A DNA stretch of 63,072 bases, filler included, from Octopus bimaculoides (GCF_001194135.2; 5 parts of 5 records of this genome joined end to end with filler, not necessarily neighbours in it), one strand, 5' to 3'; shown: positions 12,559 to 23,113, counted from the whole stretch's first letter. Notes: generated from the sequence alone by a model not told the origin. Numbers and translations are program-made.

Positions 12559-13921
12559 ATTCACAGAAAACAGTCCAGACAAAAAGCAGCTGGATCAGTT
12601 ATCTGGTAAGCTGAATAGAGAATTATCACTGGATCATTTAGCAAATCAATTAAGCGAGAATATTGAACCTCTGTCAAATCGTTTAATTGGAAAGCGTTTT
12701 CTGGATCCACTGGCCAGTGGTCTTATTGGTAAAAGATATCTTGATCCATTAGCCAGTGGACTACTTGGAAAAAGAAATTCAGACGTTAACACTAGTAAAA
12801 ATCATGCAGGAAAGAGTCAAAAAGATGGAATCTTGAGTCAAACAGGGAAACAACATTTTGACCTGTTAGATAGAGAACTTATTGGTAAACGCTATCTTGA
12901 CCCATTAGCTAGTGGTCTTATTGGCAAACGCTATCTAGACCCTTTGGCTAGTGGTCTCATTGGTAAAAGATATCTTGATCCATTGGCTAGTGGACTTCTT
13001 GGTAAAAGAGATACACACCTTGATTCGAAAAGCGATGACTATCAAGGGACGGATGACAACACATCTAATGATCTTGCTATTAATGATGCTGGAAAACGTT
13101 ATCTTGATCCATTGGCTAGCAGTATCATAGGTAAACGACATCTTGATCCATTGGCCAGTGGACTAATTGGTAAACGATATCTTGATCCTTTGGCTAGTGG
13201 TCTCATCGGTAAACGATATCTTGATCCATTGGCTAGTGGTCTCATTAGTAAACGATATCTTGATCCATTAGCTAGTGGTCTTATTGGTAAACGATATCTT
13301 GATCCATTGGCTAGTGGTCTTATTGGTAAACGATATCTTGATCCATTGGCTAGTGGTCTCATNNNNNNNNNNNNNNNNNNNNNNNNNNNNNNNNNNNNNN
13401 NNNNCGGTAAACGATATCTTGATCCATTGGCTAGTGGTCTCATTAGTAAACGATATCTTGATCCATTAGCTAGTGGTCTTATTGGTAAACGATATCTTGA
13501 TCCATTGGCGAGTGGTCTCATCGGTAAACGATATCTTGATCCATTGGCTAGTGGTCTTATTGGTAAACGATATCTTGATCCATTGGCAAGTGGTCTTATT
13601 GGTAAACGATATCTTGATCCATTGGCAAGTGGTCTTATTGGTAAACGATACCTAGATCCATTGGCCAGTGGACTAATTGGGAAACGATATCTTGACCCGT
13701 TGGCTAGTGATCTTATTGGAAAACGGTATCTTGATCCATTAGCCAGTGATCTTATTGGCAAAAGAGATGTGAACCCCAACTCTAGTAAAGAGAATTCTGA
13801 AAATAGCCGAAGTAATGTGATCTTGGATCCAACGACCAATGGCTCCGCTATGAATAAACGGTATCTTGATCCACTGGCAAGTGGAATCATTGGAAAAAGA
13901 CAAAATGAAAAGTTGGAATAA
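12559..13921 (+). CDS. Last coding exon of a multi-copy neuropeptide precursor, LASGLV/LASGLI-amide family (YLDPLASGLIamide and variants); 5' exon(s) with signal peptide not identified
   Basis: Open frame with 22 visible 39-nt units encoding (Y/F/H)LDPLAS(G/D/S)(L/I)(I/L)-G/S-KR: dibasic convertase sites and amide-donor Gly, separated by acidic/polar spacers. Synonymous third-position variation among units supports coding selection. Preceded by a TTTTATTTTTCAG acceptor; ends at TAA 13919-13921. A 42-N gap lies at 13363-13404. Confidence 0.95.
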
Positions 13922-14110
13922 TCTGATGAAAACATTTATCTACTTAATGGTCTTGAGGATATTCGTGAAATGAGAAGTGTATATGCTTAAAAATGGATCG
14001 ATTGATTTGACAGTGATGTTTGATAATATTTGTTTTCTCTCTATTTCAAATGGGACAATTTTCATTGACATCAAAAAACTAAAAGTATAGATAAAAGCAA
14101 AACAAAAACG

Positions 14111-14116
14111 AATAAA
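14111..14116 (+). terminator. Candidate polyadenylation signal of the neuropeptide gene
   Basis: AATAAA about 190 nt after the stop codon. The region is AT-rich and has other AATAAA hexamers, so this is not unique. Confidence 0.35.
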
Positions 14117-15017
14117 ACAATCTACAAAACTTTATAAAACAGTAAAGATAAAAGTATCATCTCCGAAACAAATATATCCAACATTAATAGGGAATGGTGT
14201 TTGAAAAAGAAAAGCTGGAAATCGGTTATTTTCTTTAATGGTTCTTTGTGAAGTAGCAACTGTGATTTTATCGTTCTCTTTTACACAAAACAGGCTACCT
14301 AAAACATACTGTAAACAATTATTTGTGAATAAAACCTTTTCTTTTCTCCTCTTCTCCCATGACTTTCTTCTGTTATTCCATTTTAGCATATTGAACAGTG
14401 GTGTCACATTAAGTCGCAACCTTTGTTTAACGCTCTTTCTTTATATATAGTTATTTTATGTCCATGAGTGCATATGTCTATGTACATATGTGTGTGTATA
14501 TAGATGTATATATATATTCATGTAGAAATTTATGTGTATGTGTATGTGCTTGTGTTTGTGAATGTAAGTTCAAATACACTTAAACTAATGCAATACAAAC
14601 TTATTTCATCAAAGCGAAATAATTTAATCCTTGGGAGTGAACAATGGCTAAACATATAATTGGTGCTTTGACTTTGTTTAATTTATTAAACAAACCAGAA
14701 GAATGGAACTTAAAAACATAAAGTATGGAATATTTGTCATAAATTACCTTATAAGTTCACTGTTGAACTAAAGAAGCTACTATTGTTTGGCCACTTAATA
14801 TGTAGGCATTGTTACATCGAAAGTGATTAGAATAGATGTCTAGGAAAAATCAATGGAACGAAGTGGTAACTTCATATGTCACCGAAATATTATAGAAATT
14901 GATCTAGCGGAGAAAACAAGTTAGGAAGCAACTTAAATACATTACAAGAGCTACATAATAGACAGGCACATATGAATTACAGTACAATTTTAATTCCTCA
15001 AATTCATTTAAATGATA

Positions 15018-16170
15018 CAGTAGTGGCCAAAATTTTTAGAATTCACATCAGTATATTAATTACATTCCTTTATTTTTAATGACTTCAGCACATCTCCGTC
15101 TACAGGATTTGACTATTGTTCTGACGTAATTTTATTCCATCTTTCCTGAAGTTTTCCTCCACAAAATCGTAACATCCGTAGGTCAGTGATCTTTGATCTT
15201 ATCACCAAGTATCTTCCATAAGTTTTCAATGGGATTAAGGTCATGGCTCCAAGCTGGCCAACGCATCACAGCAAGATTTTCAGCTTCAAACACCTTCTTA
15301 ATTATTTTGGCACTGTGACATGGCGCATTATCCGGCATAATGATAGGCTGGCGAGTTGGAGATGACGTCATTGCTGGCACAACATGCTGCAGAACGATGT
15401 TTTTGTATATGGTTGCATTCACATTACCATAAATCTGGATCAAAGGCCCAACACCTGCTGCAGAAATCATTCCCCACACCATCTAGCCCCTACATCCAAA
15501 CTTCACTGATTTTTTCACGCATTTAGCGAGCAATCTTTCACTTTTACGATGTCTCAAGTATTTTCTACCATCAGAGCCAACCAAATTGAACTTGCTTTCG
15601 TAACTGAGGAACATATGTGACCAGTTGTCGTACATCCAACGTACGTACTCGTTGGCAAAGCCTAACCTCGCTATTTGTCTCTTCATACTGATGTGAGGTT
15701 TAGTGGCGGGGAAATGGGCATGAAGTCCGACTTCCTTCAAATGACGAGCCACAGTCTTTCGAGACACATTCATTCCGTAATCACGATTTACTTGGCGAGA
15801 ATCGAAGCGATCTCTTAACGTCAGCCTCTGAATCACACAGTTTTGCCAAACACTTGTTTTCTGTGGTCTTTCTCGTTTTTCTAATGATACAAACGAATTT
15901 GTTTCTTCACAAAGCTTGAGTATTCTTGAAACAACATTCTTTGATCTGTTATTTTCTCTGGTGATAGCAGAAATTGCCATTCCTTCTTTTTTTCAATGTG
16001 ACCACTCGCTTTCTGAGGTGTTCAACTTTACATCAGCTTCCCTGATTGTTAATTCACTATTGTTCAATATAAATCTTTGCTCTGTTAGGTCAACTTAGTT
16101 TACATTGGTCGGAGTGTACGTTTACTTTTTGAATTTTACACCATACGTTCTCTAATTCTGGCTACTACTG
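15018..16170 (-). mobile_element. Degenerate Tc1-family DNA transposon (DD34E) with both TIRs
   Basis: Minus-strand transposase pieces 15483-15980 and 15183-15482 (SYESKFN, VWGMISAAGVG, DNAPCH, DLNPIENLW). Imperfect TIRs CAGTAGTGGCCAAAATT / CAGTAGTAGCCAGAATT flanked by TA (15016-17, 16171-72). In-frame stops; the first catalytic Asp is replaced by Tyr. Confidence 0.9.
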
Positions 16171-16289
16171 TATATTTGAACTTGTCCAGTGACGCATGCG
16201 TAAACGGAAAGAATGACTTTCAAATGTCGGCATCAAGTAAACATACAAACACACACACACATGCACACGCACACACACACACACTCATG

Positions 16290-16340
<51 letters not shown>

Positions 16341-16342
16341 TT

Positions 16343-16611
16343 GCAGCGCGGAAGATGTTTGTAAGCCATTCAAGAACACACAAAAACCGTTAGTTTCACT
16401 TCAACATTTGATTTTCATTTGTGTCAAAATATTTTCATTGCTTTGAAACCGCGACCTGTTCACTGACAAAACTTGGTGCTAGTTTTGTTAGCGAACAGGT
16501 CGCTGTTTCAAAGCGACGAAAGTATTTTGACACAAATGAAAATCAAATGTTGAAGTGAAACTAACGGTTTTTGTGTGTTCTTGAATGGTTTGCAAATGTC
16601 TTCCACGCAGC
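16343..16611. repeat. About 270-bp foldback (MITE-like) hairpin
   Basis: Arms 16343-16471 and 16479-16611 are reverse complements with roughly 90% identity around a loop of about 7 nt. Confidence 0.85.
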
Positions 16612-17110
16612 AATTATTTTTGTTTCAGCACACGATCTCAGTTCAAGTCACTTGCTATGCAAGTACATCTCCGTAATCTTCTTATGTAAAATAGACCTGT
16701 GTATGTGTGTATTCGCTTTTCACGCGGAAACGACTGCGTGAATTGGTTCCATACTTGGGATGCTCATGTTAATTTAACCTCGGATACTTAATAGGGTCTT
16801 CAGTTTATTTTTTATTAAAAATAAATACTATTGCTTTATATATATGATTCACTTTATGAAAGTTTCTCAATGTCAGCTTCCGGTATTGACGTAGCAATGG
16901 TGACATTTTCCGTTTTCATTTGCAAAATTTCTCACTCTCTATTTTGATGTTTTCATTTCAATTTTTAATGCCCTGTTTGCAAACAACTACGACAAATTAC
17001 TGAAAGAAATATTTACTAATTTCACAAATTTAAATATTCGGTACAAGAGCAGTTATTTATACTATTTTTTCCTTTTATGTTTATTTCATTCATTGTTTGC
17101 AATGTTCTCT

Positions 17111-17182
<72 letters not shown>

Positions 17183-17245
17183 ACGTGTATTTTTGTTCGT
17201 TCGTTTGTATACATTTATGTATGTGTGTGTGTGTGCTTGCAAGAC

Positions 17246-17277
<32 letters not shown>

Positions 17278-17579
17278 TGAGTCAGTCAGTCAAAAGGTGT
17301 GTTGTCATGTATACGTACAGACATAAATACATATGCATACATGTTTTTGTATGTATGTGTGCGTGTGTGTGCGATAGAGAGACAGAGAGAGAGAATATGA
17401 TGTCTAAGTGATATTCACTCTCTCTATATCTCTCTCTCTCCCTCACACACACATACATACATACATACATACATACAAAAAAAGACATATGCATATGTAT
17501 TTATGTATGTACGTATACATGACTACACCCCTTCTCTCTCTCACACACAAACACGCCCATTTCATCTGATGTTTGATAC

Positions 17580-17647
<68 letters not shown>

Positions 17648-18011
17648 TGGTTCTGGGTTCAGTCCCACTGCGTGGAACCTTGGGCAAGTGTCTTCTACTA
17701 TAGCCTCGGGCCGACCAAAGCCTTGTGAGTGGATTTGGTAGACGGAAACTGAAAGAAGCCCGTCGTATATATGTATATATATATATATATATATGTATGT
17801 GTTTTTGTGTCTGTGTTTGTCCCTCCAGCATCGCTTGACAACCGATGCTGGTGTGTTTACGTCCCCGTAACTTAGCGGTTCGGCAAAAAAGATCGATAGA
17901 ATAAGTACTAGGCTTCCAAAGAATAAGTCCTGGGGTCGATTTGCTCGACTAAAGGCGGTGCTCCAGCATGGCCGCAGTCAAATGACTGAAATAAGTAAAA
18001 GAGTAAAAGAG
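17648..18011 (+). mobile_element. SINE family A, 5'-clipped
   Basis: Starts at GGTTCTGGGTTCAGTCCC; colinear with 5950-6362 to the GTAAAAGA tail. Confidence 0.9.
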
Positions 18012-18029
18012 TATGTGTCAACTTGGCAG

Positions 18030-18166
18030 TCTCCTACAGTTTTGGATGAAACATCATGAGGACATAGCTGAGGACTTAAAGTATGAGGTTCAACAGGCAA
18101 ACTCAGAAACAATTTTTAAGGATTTGAGGATCACGTTTTAACCATGGGAGGCAAAAATTTGCAAGA
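18030..18166 (+). mobile_element. Possible Helitron Rep/Hel remnant
   Basis: Frameshifted FWMKHHEDIAEDL ... VLTMGGKNL resembles the LW...ED...GKSL segment between the Rep and helicase domains; short. Confidence 0.3.
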
Positions 18167-18291
18167 GTGAGCTTATATCTGGAGACAACCTAAAGAAGCC
18201 TTCATAACAGAGCTACCTCCATGCTTCACAGTAGAAGGCCAAACGGTTAAAGTTGAAGGCTTCTTTAGGTTGTCTCCAGATATAAGCTCAC
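18167..18291. repeat. Perfect 38-bp inverted repeat with 49-nt spacer
   Basis: GTGAGCTTATATCTGGAGACAACCTAAAGAAGCCTTCA at 18167-18204 and its exact reverse complement at 18254-18291. Confidence 0.92.
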
Positions 18292-18429
18292 CCTGAAGTG
18301 GCAGAAAGGGTGAATGATTATTCATGGGAGATTACAATGTTCCATTGAGTCACTAACCACTTCTGATAGTCTAGATACTATTTTCACGGTTATAAATATT
18401 GAAGAGACAGGATAAGTTTAGCAATTGCA

Positions 18430-18745
18430 GCCCTCTCGTTATATCTAGTTTTATGGAGCTCAGGGTAAACGGTTTTGGTTGGCAAATTGATAGTTTAGCT
18501 CTGCTGTCACTTTTGTTTTCGATTGGTTTTTGACACAACTCGTTTCATTATTCTGCAGACCCTCTATATGCCTTCCGTCCAGAATTATATTTGCCGGAGC
18601 TGGTTTTATCTTGGTTTTTAAATGCCAACATAATTTCTCCAAACATTAAACAATTCAATAGTTTTATTAACTGAAGTTCTAGCCGTCCGCGCTTCAACAA
18701 TTGGTCCACTTTGGAAATCAGAGAGATCACGTATTTTAACTTATC
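18430..18745 (-). mobile_element. Tc1-like transposase N-terminal remnant
   Basis: Frameshifted minus-strand peptides DLSDFQSGPIVEAR..SVNKT, KTSSGKYNSGRK and KTKVTAELN resemble Tc1 paired-HTH regions. Confidence 0.55.
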
Positions 18746-18926
18746 AGTAACAATATCTGCCAGAAGAAAGGGGGAAACAGGCTGCTATGTCATTAAGAAC
18801 AAGGTATACATAATGAATATGAACACACTAAAGCAGCATTGAATTTGTCATATTGCCAATAGAAAATATAGTTAAATAAAAGTTGTTTCAATTATTTTGT
18901 ACATCTGTATACGCACGTACGCGAGC

Positions 18927-19005
<79 letters not shown>

Positions 19006-19489
19006 CACACACACACATACACACGCACGCGCACGCACACACACACACACACACACACACAAACAAACACACACACACAAAGGAATATGAATGGACAGCT
19101 CAAATTATGCTGCGTATGCTTCCATGACTATTTCTTTAATGATACATAATATGCATTTCATTTGGTGATATTGAACATTTTAGCACTAAAAGCATTCTGC
19201 GAAAAAATATGCTAACAAAAATATATATATTGTGTTCAGTGGGGTGGTTTAGAAAAGGAAGTTAATACAAGGATCCCAAGTGAGTGAGGAGATATTTTGT
19301 ATTGCAGCCAATCAATCAGAGTAGTAGTAGTAGAGTTCAGAAACTGCCAAGGGAGTGGCTAATTCTGTCTTTCCTCTCATATGATAGATTTATTTACCGG
19401 ACAATAATTTATCAGTAATTTGTGCAATAAATTATCCAACTATCAATGCAGCAGAGCCTAAGGGTAAATTTAGATAACTACACAATATA

Positions 19490-19665
19490 ATATTGGTTTC
19501 AAATCTTGGCACACTGCCAGCAATTTAGGAAGAGATGGGTAAGTCGATTACATCGACACAAGTATTTAACTAGTGTTCGTTTTATCTACCCCAAACGGAT
19601 GAAAGGCAAAGTCGACCTCGGTGGAATTTGAACTTAGAACGTAAGGACAGACGAAATGCCGCATT
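19490..19665 (-). mobile_element. SINE family B
   Basis: GATGAAAGGCAAAGTCGACCTCGGTGGAATTTGAACT, reverse complement of the family B core. Confidence 0.8.
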
Positions 19666-19854
19666 ACACAACACAATATGATGTTGTCACCGCTACTTAG
19701 ACGGCAATTTTAATGATAATAGAAATAAGGTAATGAAAACGGTCCTAGGATACACAAAACGTACATACATACTTACATCCATATAGACACATACATACAC
19801 GCACATATATATGTGTATATACAATGTACACACACACACACACACTCACACACC

Positions 19855-19897
<43 letters not shown>

Positions 19898-19904
19898 GTT
19901 ATTC

Positions 19905-20116
19905 TTTTATTCTTTTATTTGTTTCAGTCATTTGACTGCGGCCATGCTGGATCACCGCCTTTAGTCGAACAAATCGACCCCAAGACTTATTCTTTGTAAG
20001 CCTAGTACTCATTCTATCGGTGTCTTTTTGCCGAACCGTTAAGTTACGGCGACATAAACATACCGACATCGGTCGTCAAGCGACGGTGGGGGTCAGACAC
20101 TGACAAACAAACATAG

Positions 20117-20151
<35 letters not shown>

Positions 20152-20286
20152 GGTTTCTTTCAGTTTCCGTCTACCAAATCCACTCACAAACCTTTGGTCG
20201 GCCCGAGGCTATAGTAAAAGACACTTGTCCAAGGTGCCACTCAGTGAGACTGAACCCGGAACCATGTGGTTGGTAAGCAAGCTATT
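19905..20286 (-). mobile_element. SINE family A, 5'-clipped, abutting the LINE tail
   Basis: Reverse complement of family A; the head starts at GCTTGCTTACCAACC, lacking the A-box. Confidence 0.88.
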
Positions 20287-20289
20287 TTA

Positions 20290-22069
20290 TTTCATAAAAA
20301 TTCGCCATTGGAGGCGTTACAGAGAGGGGACAAACAAGGAATGATAAACATAAGGGGGAAATAGCTTAAACGTTTTTTTTTTAATTTTACAATTAAAAAT
20401 ATGATTAAAAATTAATTTTAAAATTAATTTAAAAATTATACACAAGAAATCATTGCGTTTCGCAATGAGGCAGCTAGAAGGAAGGCACCCGACCATCTTG
20501 GTAGAACTTTTGCTTCCCAAATTAACCTCACTTGGTGCGAATCGCACTCAGCTTGCGCTCAACAGACTTCCATCTTTTCGAAAACATATCCGTGACAGGC
20601 ACTTCCTCTCCAGCCTGATCTTACTACTGAGGTGGTAACTAAAAAAAGTTAAACAACCCTTTGCCGGAGACAAAGGTACCTGTCACTATACCTTTCACAC
20701 ACGTCTTCCATACTGTTTCTTTCAGTATGGCTACTACGCAGAAAAAACAGGCCTTCCTTTCCCTGTTAAAGAAAGGAGATGGTACAGTCTCGATGATAGA
20801 CTCAGCTGATAGCTGTATTCTTCCTATCACTGACAACAGTTGTTCTGCAAAAGCTATCAGTCCCGACAACTCCGAACACTCCACGAATGTGTGCATTTCC
20901 CTATCTTGCCCACATCTCGGGCATGTCGGAGAGACGGCACTTCCGTGCCTTGACAGCTTGTCGCGAACAGGTAATGCCGCTCGGAAACATTGCCAAGCCA
21001 GGAATTTCTTGTAATTATCCAGATACTCCGGCCCGAACAGGCTGACCAACTGACTTTCATCATAGCCCAGGGTCTTCCCCAAGGCGTCTTCTGACATAGA
21101 TTCCACTAACCCGCTATAGAAATCCGCGATGGAACTCCTGCTGCCGGCATTGCCCGCCCGAGAGAGTAGCTGGAGCGCCTGATGGCACTCCAAATGCCAG
21201 TCTCCCAGCTTAGGTTTCTGCTTGATCCATGTATCAATGTCCGTTAAGGACACTAACTGGTGAAGGTAGAACCGAACGTGCAGTGATCACACCTGTTCTC
21301 CATCCAGGTAAAGCCAGAGGTGCCTCAATCTTAACGCGAATTTTCGCATCCTCAGCCAAGGCATCCCTAGCCCACCCTTTAGCGGTTTCTGGCAGCAGAC
21401 AGAGCGCTTTACAAGTGGTTTTCCTCCTTTCCACAAAAAGCGGAAAAGGATTCTCTCCAACTTGTTCAGCCACAAATCGAGGCAAGGCACCACGGTCAGG
21501 CGGTAGGTAATTACTGATGCTATAAACATCTGCACCACCTCCGCCCTTCCTAGCAAGGATAACGCACGCCCAGACCACGTCTGGATTAGAGCAGTCACTT
21601 TGCTGGCTACCTTGCTCCAGTTTTTCTCTATCTGGATGTTTGGACCTATCCAGACTCCGAGCAACTTATCAGGACCTTGCGTCCAACACCCCACGACGTT
21701 ATTGGACGCCATCTGCTTGCCCCTCAAAGTGCCGAGTTGCAAACCGACCGACTTGTCCTTGCTAACCTTTGCTCCTGCCACCGCCTCGTAACTTTTGATG
21801 GCCTTTTCCACCACTGGAATCTGGCCCTCATCCGCCACGATGATGGAGATGTCATCTGCGTACGCTGTAGCTCTCCTTCCACACCATAGATCATGCGGAG
21901 CGCCCCCTAGCGCCTCCAACTTCCACAGCAATGGCTCCAGAGCCAACACATACAGAAGCGGGGATAGGGGACACCCCTGACGAATTGAACGCTCGATCCT
22001 GAACGGTTTCGAAAAGAACCCGTTCACCTTGACGACAGACTTGATGTCGCTGTACAAAGCAGAAATCCA
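20290..22069 (-). mobile_element. L1/Tx1-clade LINE, 3' portion (RT domain to 3' tail), cut by an assembly gap
   Basis: RQGCPLSPLLYVLALEP, AYADD and KLLGVWIG RT motifs, then CPRC...H...C zinc knuckle. One frame runs 22069-20639 with a single TGA at 21287; a likely frameshift in the A7 run near 20641. GC-rich relative to flanks. Confidence 0.92.
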
Positions 22070-22169
22070 NNNNNNNNNNNNNNNNNNNNNNNNNNNNNNN
22101 NNNNNNNNNNNNNTTAATTAATTAANNNNNNNNNNNNNNNNNNNNNNNNNNNNNNNNNNNNNNNNNNNN

Positions 22170-22206
<37 letters not shown>

Positions 22207-23024
22207 GTATGTATGTGTTTGGGTGTATGTGTGAATTGTAAACCGCGTGGTTAGACGAGTTATTTCTCCTTCTGAAATGTGAAAGCACCCAATACGTACT
22301 CGCAAAACTGTTACGGAGCCGACAAATATTCAGCGTCTTTAGTTACTTTCGGGTCATAGTTTCAGTCTTGTTCTGAGAACTTTCGTCGAAGCTGTTATAT
22401 AAACAGATTATAAGGCGCTGTGTCTCGTGAAGTTTTGTGTGACCGCTGCTTTGTTTTTCCATGAATAGGGGTAGCAAATATATCATACTGTGTCCTGTAG
22501 TGGAGATTATATCTGTGTTTTTTTCTTTAATTTATTATAGGTTTGGAGGTTGTAGCTTTATATTACAGTTAAACAGAAAAATGGAATTCTAAGACATTAC
22601 TTTCTCTTCTCAAAGCGACTCTCCTTTTTTTACGTGACATGTCACCATCTTTGTGTTTTGTGCCAGCAACTAAGTTGAAAGATCATCAAAGTTCTCGAGT
22701 AAAGAATCAGTGTTCCTAGATACTCGCATAAAACATTGTCACAGAAATAACTACCGACTCTCTCTTTCCCCCTCCTTTATATATATATATATATATATTA
22801 TTTAATGTACACGGTATTTAAATAAGAGCTATTATAGTTTCATGCTATGGAGACAGGATAATTCGGCAGGTTCTTTTTATAACATACCTTGTGTCTGTCT
22901 CCAAGCAAACTTTCAGCTTCAGTGCACATGGTTAATCCTATTTGAAAACGAGGACGCTGGTCCGTGAGAAAACACAAGAAAAAACGAGAAGATTGATGCA
23001 AAAAGAGAACGATTAAACAAAAGA

Positions 23025-23113
<89 letters not shown>

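Noticed and set aside
13100-13770. 39-bp direct-repeat array resembling CRISPR or a satellite
   Set aside because: No unique spacers, eukaryotic context, and the units are in-frame peptide codons.
13099-13935. 278-aa antisense ORF (RYRLPIRPLANGS repeats)
   Set aside because: Shadow of the sense repeat; the synonymous variation fits the sense frame, and the antisense product has no independent features.
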